A stretch of 64,000 bases of DNA from a virus (Duplodnaviria; Caudoviricetes), in IMG/VR virus record IMGVR_UViG_3300042260_000337, one strand, 5' to 3'. This document shows, piece by piece, positions 1 to 9,600 of the stretch. The notes beneath the pieces are model-generated. The model ran no database searches, had not been told where the DNA came from, and worked only from the letters and a program-made list of their open reading frames with translations. Every line of letters starts with the position of its first letter. The stretch's first letter is position 1. The position numbers and the translations under genes were made by a program.

Positions 1-240
1 ACCACCGGCACCCGTACCAGCAGACCCAGTATACCCGATTACACCCTGACTACCTTGCGAACCAGTATAACCTTGCGAACCAGTATAACCTTGCGAACCA
101 GTATAGCCACCACTTGCCTCAATGATATTCGTTGGAGTTGCCTCCCCTCTCCATTTTACGCCGTCATATTTGTATCTAACTCCGTTATTCGCCACATGAA
201 TCTGGTTCAATGATGGATTGGTTGGAAGGCTAAATGTCAT
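1..240 (-). CDS. Collagen-like (Gly-X-Y) virion/fiber protein, N-terminal fragment; runs off the window edge
   Basis: Not in the ORF track. Translated by hand from ATG at 240 (SD AAGGAG upstream): MTFSLPTNPSLNQIHVANNGVRYKYDGVKWRGEATPTNIIEASGGYTGSQGYTGSQGYTGSQGSQGVIGYTGSAGTGAGG. Confidence 0.75.
   Translation of the reverse strand, partial: MTFSLPTNPSLNQIHVANNGVRYKYDGVKWRGEATPTNIIEASGGYTGSQGYTGSQGYTGSQGSQGVIGYTGSAGTGAGG
53..105 (-). repeat. Three 18-nt tandem coding repeats (GYTGSQ)
   Basis: ccttgcgaaccagtataa at 53-70, 71-88 and 89-105 (last copy 17 nt), in frame in the collagen-like ORF. Confidence 0.95.
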
Positions 241-264
241 AATTATCTCCTTATTTTTCTGTAT

Positions 265-3075
265 TTATATTATTACAACTTCGATTATTTTTTGGGCGTC
301 ACTTGAATCTTCTTGCAAAGATTTTGCAAATACAGCCGCGCCTTTGTCTATTTTTCCAACACTTTTTGCAAATCCAGCAACTTCGCTTGTAACTAATAAA
401 TCGCCCTTTTTTACTGGACCGATAACCTTACACAGAACACGGCCACGCAATGCAATATACGGATGTGTTGAATCTGTTCCAGCTTGTGAGTTCATCTTGA
501 AAGCTGGGTTGCCAGAAATAACACCAGCAACAGAAACATCTTCTTCGGTTGTAGTTGTAGTAATTTCTTTTTCGCCGCCAAACACAACAACAGTTCCGAC
601 TTCATATTCCAAGTCAGATTCGTATCTTTCCGCCAAGTCAGCATAGGTTGCCTCTATAGTTCTACCATACACCGCCCGCCACTGATTGGTAGAAGTTCCC
701 AAGTCATATGTGTTATCTGCATCAACCAATATTGACCCGCTCATCGTTCCACCAGAAATATTCAAATAACTTCCAGTGATACCACCAATAACTTGGTAGC
801 CAACATGGCGAACAATAGTAACTTGACCGTTTGGTAATGGATTTACAAATGATATTGTTGTTCCAGAAACTGTGTAATCACCGCCTGGGGTCTGTGTAAC
901 GCCGTTCATAGTTACGATCAACGCTTCTGGACTTCCTGGAGTTGCAGAAAGTGTGAAATCAGTTTGCGTTCCGTTTCCAGTGAAAACATCTTTCACAACC
1001 GTTGGAACATTCGTTAGATTGTTAAAATGAACAGATGAACTGCCACTGGTTTCTAATTCTGTTCGTAAAATATCAACTCTTGCGTCAGCACGAGAATCAG
1101 TATAATATAGATTTGTAGTCCCCTCTGCTAAGTCATCGGTTGACGATGCAGATAGAGAACCTATGTTCTGATATACAATGCCATCGTTTGTAAATTGCCA
1201 TGTATCGGTAAATTCGTTCCAACGAATTGAAACATCATTTTCTATTCCACGGTTAATTTCTATACCAGAATTTAAAGTTGGATATTCGGTAGGTCCAACA
1301 CCAGCGTTCAAAATTATGATATTATCATTTACAACCAATTCAACGGTGTTGATGAAAGTAGTATTACCAGAAACGGTCAAGTCGCCAGTCAATACCATGT
1401 CAACAAATTCAACAGACGCAGTTGAATCTAACTCTATTACGCCAGTAGTGGAATTGTATGTAACACCATTTGTTGCACTGATGGTTTGTCGTATTTCGCT
1501 TGTTGTAACACTAACATAATCAATCTTATCAGTGAGCGAATTATATGTTAAACTGCCGTATTCAGCGGTGTCATTTATAATATTGCTGATTAGAGTATTG
1601 ACTCTATCGTCAGTGTAATAAAGATTTACAGTTCCTTCTGCCAAATCATCAGTGCTGTTGCCAGATAAGTCGTATCCGCCGTTTGTGAATGAAGAAATGG
1701 TTAACGTGTTTGCAACATCGTTATAAGATAAAGTAATATTGCTTCCAGCAACCAATAACGCCGCAACCCTATCATCAACTCTTTCATTCGTAAAATAAAG
1801 ATTTGTGCCTTCTGCTAAATCACTTGTTGTTTTCAAAGCAAAATCGTTATTGAAATTTACAGATTTGTATGTTGTTACGGATAATACACCAGTAGAAGGA
1901 TTATACGACAAATCACCAGAAACACTTATTGCATTTCTCGCTCGTGTATTAGTAAAATACAGATTAGTGCCTTCTGCTAGATTCGTGGTTGTCTTTGTAG
2001 CAAAATCGTTATTGAAATTTACAGATTTGTATGTTGTTACGGATAATACACCAGTAGAAGGATTATACGACAAGTCGCCAGATACACTTATAGCATCCCT
2101 TGCTCTTGTATTGGTAAAATATAGATTAGTGCCTTCTGTTAAATCTGTCGTAGTATGATTTGAAATACTCGAAACTGTTCCTGTCACGTTTCCGACAAGT
2201 TCGGAATATACAGTGTTTGCTTGGAAGTTGGCCAGTTCAAATGACGGATGGGCAGTGTCTATATATATACTTGTATCTGGTTCTGGTGTATAACCCTGAA
2301 ATATTTTCCATCTTCCATCGGTGGCATCTCGGAAGAATCCAGTATGGTGATATGTTCCATCATTGTAGTTTCCTGCGATTCCTAAGTCTGGATTGGTATT
2401 TGTGCTTCCATCGTTTAAATAAATCAGGTTGTCGGCAATTGCCAAATTTTCAGACGATATTGTAATTGTGGTTCCGCTTACAGTAAGGTTTCCATCAATC
2501 TGAACGTTACCAGTTGCGTTTATGTCATTGAATGTAACATTAGAAGTGTTGGTTAAATCCTGCCCGACTGATATTTCACCGTCAGTAATTGTAACACCAG
2601 TTCCGCCAGTAAAATGAGCGCGAACTTCTGTCGCAGTTGGTCCAGTGTATGTAATTTCGCCAGTTGATGAGTTATATGAAAGTGAACCATCGCCACTCAC
2701 ATCTGTCACTGATATCGCGTTTCTTGCTCGTGCATTTGTGAAGTATAGGTTGGAGGTTCCCTCTGACACATCATCAGATGTCAACACAACATCACCGATT
2801 TGTCCGTTGACACTGCCAACCGAGCCAGTGGCGCTGAAGCTAAGACTTCCATTTATATCGTCATATACAATTGTTATATTCGTATGTGTTCCAGCATTTA
2901 TCAATGCGGCAACGCGGTCATCAATTGAATCAGGAGATACCAGATCAGTAAAATAAAAGTTATATGAAGAATCAATTGCTAAAACTTGGCCGTCAGTTCC
3001 TGGAACCACTTTTAATTTTTCGGCAGTTATACTGTTATTACCTATAACAAATTCGGATACTTGTGTAATAGTCAT
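265..3075 (-). CDS. Tail fiber/appendage-like virion protein with repeated TxDLxEGxNLY(F/Y)T motifs and a C-terminal intramolecular-chaperone (peptidase G2-like) domain
   Basis: 936 aa, Thr/Ser/Asn/Gly-rich. Six copies of the EGTxNLY motif. C-terminal YADLAERY...GTVVVFGG...GDLLVTS domain. Confidence 0.65.
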   Translation of the reverse strand: MTITQVSEFVIGNNSITAEKLKVVPGTDGQVLAIDSSYNFYFTDLVSPDSIDDRVAALINAGTHTNITIVYDDINGSLSFSATGSVGSVNGQIGDVVLTSDDVSEGTSNLYFTNARARNAISVTDVSGDGSLSYNSSTGEITYTGPTATEVRAHFTGGTGVTITDGEISVGQDLTNTSNVTFNDINATGNVQIDGNLTVSGTTITISSENLAIADNLIYLNDGSTNTNPDLGIAGNYNDGTYHHTGFFRDATDGRWKIFQGYTPEPDTSIYIDTAHPSFELANFQANTVYSELVGNVTGTVSSISNHTTTDLTEGTNLYFTNTRARDAISVSGDLSYNPSTGVLSVTTYKSVNFNNDFATKTTTNLAEGTNLYFTNTRARNAISVSGDLSYNPSTGVLSVTTYKSVNFNNDFALKTTSDLAEGTNLYFTNERVDDRVAALLVAGSNITLSYNDVANTLTISSFTNGGYDLSGNSTDDLAEGTVNLYYTDDRVNTLISNIINDTAEYGSLTYNSLTDKIDYVSVTTSEIRQTISATNGVTYNSTTGVIELDSTASVEFVDMVLTGDLTVSGNTTFINTVELVVNDNIIILNAGVGPTEYPTLNSGIEINRGIENDVSIRWNEFTDTWQFTNDGIVYQNIGSLSASSTDDLAEGTTNLYYTDSRADARVDILRTELETSGSSSVHFNNLTNVPTVVKDVFTGNGTQTDFTLSATPGSPEALIVTMNGVTQTPGGDYTVSGTTISFVNPLPNGQVTIVRHVGYQVIGGITGSYLNISGGTMSGSILVDADNTYDLGTSTNQWRAVYGRTIEATYADLAERYESDLEYEVGTVVVFGGEKEITTTTTEEDVSVAGVISGNPAFKMNSQAGTDSTHPYIALRGRVLCKVIGPVKKGDLLVTSEVAGFAKSVGKIDKGAAVFAKSLQEDSSDAQKIIEVVII
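1802..2135 (-). repeat. 162-nt (54-aa) tandem duplication inside the fiber gene
   Basis: 1837-1911 is identical to 1999-2073 (75 nt, offset 162). The flanking codons have diverged, mostly synonymously. Confidence 0.95.
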
Positions 3076-3091
3076 TTATATCTCCATATCC

Positions 3092-3655
3092 TCAATTATA
3101 TAACAAAGTAGATATTACTTTGTATTTTACCGTATTACTTGAAACTCCAGTTGCAACCAATGATACGTTGCCAGATACAACAGAAACTTCATATGAGGAT
3201 ATGATATTATTTGTAGTAACGGTCGCATATTCAGTGGCAACAACTGATGAGTTTGTATTTGATGCTAATAGCTCAGTTGTTTGTCTAACCCCAGACGCTT
3301 GGTCGTATGCCAATACAACAAACTTTGCGCCGCCATATGTGGATGCCGAATAATTTATAATTTCGGTTGGTGTGACGCCCGATACAATAGTGGTTGACGA
3401 TACTATGGTTGCGTCATTGTTTATTGTAATTTGAGAATATTGGGGGGAAGATGGCTCGGTATAATCAATTGTGATAGTTCCGCCATCACCAAGTGTTATT
3501 GTTCCGCCGCCAGTTAGACTTCCAGTAGTATTGATTTCAACAGTTGTATTACCGCGAACAGCATTTGTTGAACCATTACCGAAAACGTCTGAGTTCAGAT
3601 GAAAAAAATGAACCTCAGTGTTTCCCAGTAAATTGCTGTTAACCTTCGTTGTCAT
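3092..3655 (-). CDS. Putative virion structural protein
   Basis: 187 aa, beta-rich Thr/Ser/Gly composition, co-transcribed with the fiber genes, SD upstream. Confidence 0.55.
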   Translation of the reverse strand: MTTKVNSNLLGNTEVHFFHLNSDVFGNGSTNAVRGNTTVEINTTGSLTGGGTITLGDGGTITIDYTEPSSPQYSQITINNDATIVSSTTIVSGVTPTEIINYSASTYGGAKFVVLAYDQASGVRQTTELLASNTNSSVVATEYATVTTNNIISSYEVSVVSGNVSLVATGVSSNTVKYKVISTLLYN

Positions 3656-3656
3656 A

Positions 3657-5234
3657 TTACATCAAACTCACTAAAATTTCAATTGTTCCAAACCCAGACG
3701 CTTGGCTTCCCAACGCTTTGCCGATTACTGTTCCAACCGCAGGAGTTGAAGATGCAGTGGCGTATCCTGCTTGATCTGATGTAACAAGCAAATCGCCTTT
3801 GTTTATTGTTCCGTAAACCTTACATGTGGCACGTCCACTCAACACGACTGATGGGTGTGTAGTTGAAGTTCCTGCGTTTGCGTTCATCAAAATTGTTTCG
3901 TTTGAACCAATAACACCGACAACAGTTTTATCGTCTGCAATTGTAGATTGGGTAATTTCGTTTGTTCCGCCAAACACCACAACAGTTCCAACATCATATA
4001 CAGCATCAGTTGCGAAACGTTCAGATATATTAGTCCCGCTCACAGAATTGCTTGCATCTGTTACCATTGTATTGGTTGGAGTATTGGTAAAGTTATTATA
4101 ATCCAAGTAATATGATGGCAGTTGCGTATCTAACAAATCAGCATTTGTCGTAGTGGTCACAGTCGATGTTGTTGCTAATCTCAGAACATTCATTACTGAA
4201 TTTAGAGCTAAAGGAGAAGATAGTGTAATTGTAGAACCAGTTACAGTATATGAGATGTCTGGATTCTGAACTACTCCGTCAATATACAATAGTATATGCC
4301 AAGATTGAGAGACGAAATATGGAAGTGTGTATATACTCGTAGAACCGTTGCCAACAAATGTATCATAATACAACTGATTTATCTTTGCCGATGTGTCCAA
4401 TACTATCTCATCACCGACAACTGATACGGTCAAATCTCCGTTTCCTCCATTTGATATATTACCAACTGAAATTGTTTTGAATGATGCCATTGTGATATTT
4501 GATGAGTCGTATATCGCAGCGCCAGTTCCAACATTTTGAGCAACAAAATCTATGGTATAAGTTCCTAATATATCATCATAGTTTGATTCCAATGAGTATC
4601 CAGAATCAAACAGTGAATTGAAACGGTCATCTACTCTTTCGTTTGTGTAGTAAAGATTGGTGGTTCCTTCGGTAAGGTCATCTGTCGTATAGTTTGTCAA
4701 TACGTTTGTGATGTCAGTTCCATCGCCTATAATACTTGTGAAGTATCCAACTGCCGGAGTAGTAGCACCTATTACCGTGTTATCTATGTTTCCAGCACGA
4801 ATATCAACTAAGCCATCGCCTGTGTTGTCTATGATGACTACACCATTTTGCGATGTTACATTACCAGAGATAGTTGCAAATACCACATTTGCATTTATGT
4901 TACCAGTAGTATGAAAGTCTTTATCGTCAAGAGTCCAGTAATCTTCTGTTTCATTCCAGAAGAGTCTGGCCCAAGTAAGATCGCCACGGTTTACTTCAAT
5001 ACCAACATCTTCTGTTGGTATTCCTTCAAAATCTGCATTTAGAGTTATGAATGGGTCCGCAAAAACCGTTTGTATTGAATTTACAGTGGTTGTGTTTCCT
5101 TCAACCTTTAAGTTTCCTCTTATAATAAGAGTTCCATTTCTTGATTCGATAACGGCATCATTGTCTCCATTGTCAAATGAGACGGTTTCACCACGTAAGA
5201 ATAGACGATCACCAAATTTTATTTGTTCTGACAT
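3657..5234 (-). CDS. Fiber-like virion protein, paralog of 265..3075
   Basis: 525 aa. Shares the DPFITLN/EVNRG, TDDLTEGTTNLYYT and IDGVVQNP modules and the C-terminal GTVVVFGG...GDLLVTS domain. Confidence 0.65.
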   Translation of the reverse strand: MSEQIKFGDRLFLRGETVSFDNGDNDAVIESRNGTLIIRGNLKVEGNTTTVNSIQTVFADPFITLNADFEGIPTEDVGIEVNRGDLTWARLFWNETEDYWTLDDKDFHTTGNINANVVFATISGNVTSQNGVVIIDNTGDGLVDIRAGNIDNTVIGATTPAVGYFTSIIGDGTDITNVLTNYTTDDLTEGTTNLYYTNERVDDRFNSLFDSGYSLESNYDDILGTYTIDFVAQNVGTGAAIYDSSNITMASFKTISVGNISNGGNGDLTVSVVGDEIVLDTSAKINQLYYDTFVGNGSTSIYTLPYFVSQSWHILLYIDGVVQNPDISYTVTGSTITLSSPLALNSVMNVLRLATTSTVTTTTNADLLDTQLPSYYLDYNNFTNTPTNTMVTDASNSVSGTNISERFATDAVYDVGTVVVFGGTNEITQSTIADDKTVVGVIGSNETILMNANAGTSTTHPSVVLSGRATCKVYGTINKGDLLVTSDQAGYATASSTPAVGTVIGKALGSQASGFGTIEILVSLM

Positions 5235-5267
5235 TTTTTCATCCCAGTTATAGCTTGTTATATAGTC

Positions 5268-5275
5268 TATTTATC
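5268..5275 (-). promoter_or_regulatory. T4-type late promoter (GATAAATA) for the fiber operon
   Basis: GATAAATA on the minus strand, between the MCP terminator and the ATG at 5234. Resembles the T4 gp55 consensus TATAAATA. Confidence 0.65.
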
Positions 5276-5293
5276 TGATTGGATGCCTTTGAA

Positions 5294-5325
5294 TAAAAGA
5301 AAACCCAGTGCTTTCGCACTGGGTT
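5294..5325 (-). terminator. Rho-independent terminator after the MCP gene
   Basis: Minus strand AACCCAGTGC-GAAA-GCACTGGGTT followed by TTCTTTT: perfect 10-bp stem with GNRA loop. Confidence 0.9.
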
Positions 5326-5350
5326 GACTTTGTTTCCACGTTCGTATATA

Positions 5351-6508
5351 TTATACGAATGATAGGTTTGCAACGTTGATCTTTGATAGATAGTCTGCTG
5401 CGTTACCTAGAGATGAAGCGGTGTTGGTTAGTTCAACATATCCGTAACGAGTCATGAAGGACACGACTGGTTCGAAGGTTGATGGGTCAACCACAACGCC
5501 TGATGACATTAGAGGAACGTATGGGCAGTAGAACGCTGCTGCGTCGATCTCGCCCTGACCCTTGTAACCTAGTAGAACTGGTGCGGTGTCTGATGCGTAG
5601 GTGTTGACGTAAACGCGCATTGTGCCGTTTAGAGTTCCAACAAACTTGGTGTTGGTTGGTGCTTCAAATGTGCCTTCGGTTGTACGAGCGAATGCTGAAG
5701 TGGTAGCTGACTGTAGAACAGTTAGTGCTGCTGGTGAGATAACTGCCCAGTTAGCTGCGCCACGACGAGTGCGCTGTGCAACTAGGTTTGCTTGCTGGTT
5801 GATTAGTGTTGCTAGAACAGCGTGACGATCACCAACGAAGTGTGGGGTGCCTGTGAAGGTGCCGTTCATGTCGTAGGTTGCGCCTAGTGTTGCTAGGTTG
5901 GTTAGTGAGCCAAGGATTTCCTGGTCGATTTCAGCGGTGATTTCCATCGCTAGAGCCGCCATGATTTCTGCTTCGATGTCTAGACCGTGCATTGCGTTAG
6001 CATCTTGTGCTGCTTCAAAAGTCCAACGTGCTGATAGCTTACGTGTTTTAGCTTCAACAGTTTGCTTTAGGACTTGAATTGACATACGGTTACCAGCTAC
6101 ACCTTCTAGGTTTGCAGTTGGTAGAGGTGCGGTTGTGCCGTTACCTGAGTATGCAGTTGCAATGTTGAATGGTGATAGTGCTTCTGAACCAGCGGTTGTA
6201 GCACCAGCGTTGTCTGCGTAACGAACACGTAGAGTGTGGATTTGGCCTACTGGACCAGTCATTGGCTGAACGCCGATGATTTCGTTAGCAATAACGGTTG
6301 GCATAACACGGCGAATAACTGGTAGAATTACTTTGTTTAGAGTAGCAATGTTACCTGCCTGAGTTGCACCTGCGGTTGCACTTTCATTTAGTGCTTTCTT
6401 TGTGTTTTCTAGAACTGATGACATTACATCGCGCTTGGTTCCGACTAGACCTTCTAGTAGTGCTTCGCGTGTCGCGTTCCAGTTTTTACCTTCAAAAAGA
6501 TTTTCCAT
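5351..6508 (-). CDS. gp23: Major capsid protein, T4 gp23-like
   Basis: VQPMTGPVGQIHTLR, RKLSARWTFEAAQD, EITAEIDQEI, AFYCPYVPL and FMTRYG motifs. Strongly biased codon usage. Follows scaffold and protease. Confidence 0.97.
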   Translation of the reverse strand: MENLFEGKNWNATREALLEGLVGTKRDVMSSVLENTKKALNESATAGATQAGNIATLNKVILPVIRRVMPTVIANEIIGVQPMTGPVGQIHTLRVRYADNAGATTAGSEALSPFNIATAYSGNGTTAPLPTANLEGVAGNRMSIQVLKQTVEAKTRKLSARWTFEAAQDANAMHGLDIEAEIMAALAMEITAEIDQEILGSLTNLATLGATYDMNGTFTGTPHFVGDRHAVLATLINQQANLVAQRTRRGAANWAVISPAALTVLQSATTSAFARTTEGTFEAPTNTKFVGTLNGTMRVYVNTYASDTAPVLLGYKGQGEIDAAAFYCPYVPLMSSGVVVDPSTFEPVVSFMTRYGYVELTNTASSLGNAADYLSKINVANLSFV

Positions 6509-6535
6509 CTTTAAGTTCTCCTGTATCTGGTTAAA

Positions 6536-7645
6536 TTATTTCAATCCTGCCAATTTCTTTAGCACGACAATATCGGCATCGCCGTTCTGACTTGATTGTG
6601 TTTCCACAATACGGTCGCCAGTACGTTCTGTAACTTTGCCTTCAGTTAGTTTTTGTTTTGTTTCTGCTCTCGCAGTAACATTTTCGTTCAAAACTGCTGG
6701 TAGATATTTCTTAAAAGCAGTTTTTAGATTTGCTGTCTTTACTGATTCAAGAAGATCAGTCATTACACGGCGCTTTTCACCTGAAAGTGGTGATAGTAGA
6801 CTTTCCATAACCGCTTTACGGTTAGCACGGTCTTCCATGATACGCACTTTCTTGTTTGCCGCCGCGATTGCCGCTTCTTTCTCAGCAATCATCGCTTTCA
6901 GCGTTGCAACTTCGTTAGCATTTTCGTTTAGCTTCTTATTCATTTTAGAAACTTCAGTTCCTTCATTTAGCTGTGAAGCCATGAATTCACCAGCAAATGC
7001 TTCAAATAGACGACGACCAAAATCATTTTCTTTGGCCTGTTTGATGTCTTCTTTCAAAACATTTAGTTCTGAACGTAGAGTTTTGTTGATTGATTTTTCA
7101 ACTAGCTCTGCTGAACGTTTGATAAATGATTGCTTAGTTTTATTAAGCAATTCTTTACCTTCTGCTATCATACGCACCTTGGTTTCTACCAATTCGCGCT
7201 TGTCATTGTGGAACTCTGCTAGTTCGCGTGAAAGCTGTTTTGTTACGAATAGCTTGGTTGTTTCCAAGTGTTCGTTCATCTTCGCACGGTCAACACGTAG
7301 TTCCTTGACCTCGTTTGCAAGCTGAGAAGTAATGAATTTTTCAAGAAGTTTAGCGTGTTCAGCAATTGCCTTTTTATAGGCAACACGTTCTGAGATTAGA
7401 GACGCACGGTCTGCTTGGAACTCTTCAATTTCTTTGCGAATTGCCGATTCAATGGTGTGACCCATAGCTTCTACAATTACGCTCTTGTCGTGTTCAAACT
7501 TCTGTGCAAACTCTTCACGCAGTTCTGCTGTGACTTCTTCTCTCGCTTCATTTAGTTTTGCTTCCCAAGCCTCTTTAATTTGCATACTAACTTCTTCGGT
7601 TAGAACGCCTGACTCAAAAAGACCAGCAAGGATATCGTTTGCCAT
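6536..7645 (-). CDS. gp22: Prohead core scaffolding protein, gp22-like
   Basis: 369 aa coiled-coil, Glu/Lys-rich, located between protease and MCP. Confidence 0.85.
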   Translation of the reverse strand: MANDILAGLFESGVLTEEVSMQIKEAWEAKLNEAREEVTAELREEFAQKFEHDKSVIVEAMGHTIESAIRKEIEEFQADRASLISERVAYKKAIAEHAKLLEKFITSQLANEVKELRVDRAKMNEHLETTKLFVTKQLSRELAEFHNDKRELVETKVRMIAEGKELLNKTKQSFIKRSAELVEKSINKTLRSELNVLKEDIKQAKENDFGRRLFEAFAGEFMASQLNEGTEVSKMNKKLNENANEVATLKAMIAEKEAAIAAANKKVRIMEDRANRKAVMESLLSPLSGEKRRVMTDLLESVKTANLKTAFKKYLPAVLNENVTARAETKQKLTEGKVTERTGDRIVETQSSQNGDADIVVLKKLAGLK

Positions 7646-7659
7646 TGTTGGTTCTCCTG

Positions 7660-8289
7660 TTAAAGTTTCAGTTCACGAATGAACTTTACTATTTGTTCTG
7701 ACAAATACTTTTGCGCAGTCTTGTCATGTTGAACATCATGTGCCAGTTGCCAAGTTTGATAACCGCCACGCATATTCATTAGCCCTTCATATATCGCTTT
7801 TGGATAAGCATTAGGAGCACTAGGTTGTGCAACAATGTCTACCGTAACGATTTCAAAATTGCTTACATTACCGTTACCATCAACTTCACCCGAACCACGA
7901 GATGAAACACCAAGTGTTGCGCCAGACTCAATCAATGTTCTGATAATGTTTCCCATTGGAGTGGGAACAATTTTTAGTTTTCCAAAACCATTTGGTCCGT
8001 CCATCCACATATTCTCAATAATGTGAGAAACGCGGTCAACGTTCACTGTTAGTTCTGGTGGATGGTCGCACTCTCCAAGAACTGGAAAACCTTCAGATAT
8101 TTTTTGCTGAACGCTTTCCACTGCTCTTGAAATTTCGGAGACCGGATATACTCTTTGGTTGGCATTCTTCACGCCACCTTGCACAAAGATACCTTCCATG
8201 AACATCGTTTTATGTCCATTTTCACCCTCGACAATACGTGACTTGACGTTTGCTTGGTTATGAGATAGTCTTTCTATAAGAATGGCCAT
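7660..8289 (-). CDS. gp21: Prohead protease, gp21-like
   Basis: EGIFVQGGVKNANQRVYP, LGECDHP, GVSSRGSG, DIVAQPSAPNAYP. Confidence 0.95.
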   Translation of the reverse strand: MAILIERLSHNQANVKSRIVEGENGHKTMFMEGIFVQGGVKNANQRVYPVSEISRAVESVQQKISEGFPVLGECDHPPELTVNVDRVSHIIENMWMDGPNGFGKLKIVPTPMGNIIRTLIESGATLGVSSRGSGEVDGNGNVSNFEIVTVDIVAQPSAPNAYPKAIYEGLMNMRGGYQTWQLAHDVQHDKTAQKYLSEQIVKFIRELKL

Positions 8290-8309
8290 GATTTTTTCCC
8301 CTCAAAAAA

Positions 8310-9158
8310 TTATAGTAGTGACTTCTTGTTTACACCGTTATCACCTGGCTTTGCGGTTTGACCCTTCCAAGCTGGTGATTTTTTGTTACCAGAAACGTTT
8401 ACGTTCTTGGTTGACATGTCTTTTGGTGCTTCACCCTTGCCACCAGATGTGTTACCATCTTTGACACGAACTGGTGCTGCATTTGAATCATCACCTGGGC
8501 GCTTTGGATTTGCGTTTACAGTTGTCTTGTTTTGAATGCCATTGTCACCAACTTTTGCAGTTTGTGGAGTTACATATTCAACAAGGTCATCATCCTCAGA
8601 TTCATCTAGGTCAAGGTCGAATGATTCTTTGAAATCATCTTCTTCTTCACCTTCTTCATCTTCGTCTTCCATACCGTAGTCGTCATCTTCGCCTTCATCT
8701 TCACCTTCGAAGCCGTATTCCTCTTCGCCTTCGCCTTCTTCTTCACCTTCTTCACCAGACATAATTTTTTCAAATTCTGCTTCTAGTTGTGCAAGTGCAG
8801 ATTCTAGGTCATCAACACGAGATTCAACATCGCCTTCGCCTTCATCTTCGAACTCGCCGCCCATATCATCACCCATCTCTAGGTCGTCAACGGCTGCATC
8901 ATCACCCATTTCGTCTTCGTCATAGAATTCTTCTGTGTCGATTTCGTCTGAGTCATCTTCAAGGTCGTCAGCATAATCTTCTTCTGACTCATCTAAATCC
9001 TCTAGGTCTTCTTCTACAACTTCATCACTTTCGCTTAGAAGTTCTTCGTGGATTTGACGAGCGTTTTCAACGATAAAATCATGTAGCAGTTCTTCTGCTG
9101 CTTCACGCTCTTCATTGATAAGAAGTTCTAACACTTGTTCTAGCGTACTTCTTGACAT
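8310..9158 (-). CDS. Highly acidic prohead core/internal protein (putative)
   Basis: 282 aa with a long Asp/Glu-rich low-complexity core and basic C-terminus. First gene of the head operon. Confidence 0.6.
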   Translation of the reverse strand: MSRSTLEQVLELLINEEREAAEELLHDFIVENARQIHEELLSESDEVVEEDLEDLDESEEDYADDLEDDSDEIDTEEFYDEDEMGDDAAVDDLEMGDDMGGEFEDEGEGDVESRVDDLESALAQLEAEFEKIMSGEEGEEEGEGEEEYGFEGEDEGEDDDYGMEDEDEEGEEEDDFKESFDLDLDESEDDDLVEYVTPQTAKVGDNGIQNKTTVNANPKRPGDDSNAAPVRVKDGNTSGGKGEAPKDMSTKNVNVSGNKKSPAWKGQTAKPGDNGVNKKSLL

Positions 9159-9183
9159 TATATAGTCTCCTTATCTTTTAAAA

Positions 9184-9236
9184 GCCACAAAGTGTGGCAA
9201 AGTTATAGAACACTTCCTGTTCTAAATATATTTACT
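9184..9236 (-). promoter_or_regulatory. Late promoter (AGTAAATA, 9229-9236) and 5' leader with two hairpins for the head operon
   Basis: Stems at 9206-9212/9218-9224 and 9184-9189/9193-9198 lie between the motif and the SD AAGGAG of the 9158 gene. Confidence 0.5.
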
Positions 9237-9266
9237 CATTGTGGGGGAATATATGTGTATAATACG

Positions 9267-9300
9267 CAAAAAACGGCACTTTTTCTTTGAAAAATGCCGT
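9267..9300 (-). terminator. Rho-independent terminator after the portal and 83-aa genes
   Basis: Minus strand ACGGCA-TTTTT-CAAAG-AAAAA-G-TGCCGT followed by TTTTT. Confidence 0.7.
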
Positions 9301-9343
9301 AGAGATATTTAGATACTAGTCCAAAAAAATAAACTTCGGAGTT

Positions 9344-9595
9344 TTATGCTCCGAAGTCCATTCCGTCCATTGGTGGCATTCCGCCTTCTTCACCGCCAGC
9401 GGCAGCTTGTCCACCATACATTCTCTTTACTAACTCTCCACGTGTCTTGTCCTGATACTTTCTGTATTCACGCATTCTACGTAGCTTTGCCAAATGTGCA
9501 AGAGTGAGACGAGCCTTTCGGGTGTCGCCCACTTTCTTTGCGTTCTGTTTATCTGCCTCTGGTGAGTAGTTCTCACTAATTTGTTTGTATCTCAT
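9344..9595 (-). CDS. Hypothetical head-module protein
   Basis: 83 aa. KARLTLAHLAKLRRMRE motif, located between portal and core genes. Confidence 0.75.
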   Translation of the reverse strand: MRYKQISENYSPEADKQNAKKVGDTRKARLTLAHLAKLRRMREYRKYQDKTRGELVKRMYGGQAAAGGEEGGMPPMDGMDFGA

Positions 9596-9600
9596 ATAAC

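Noticed and set aside
53-105. CRISPR or TIGR-like array (also 34028-34153)
   Set aside because: Head-to-tail repeats without spacers, with lengths that are multiples of three, encoding Gly-X-Y peptides in frame.
1802-2135. Diversity-generating retroelement TR/VR pair
   Set aside because: Both copies are tandem and in frame inside one gene, differences are mainly synonymous rather than adenine-specific, and there is no reverse transcriptase in the window.
9241-9263. Plus-strand TG-TATAAT antisense promoter in the head operon
   Set aside because: No acceptable -35 and no downstream plus-strand feature; expected by chance in AT-rich DNA.
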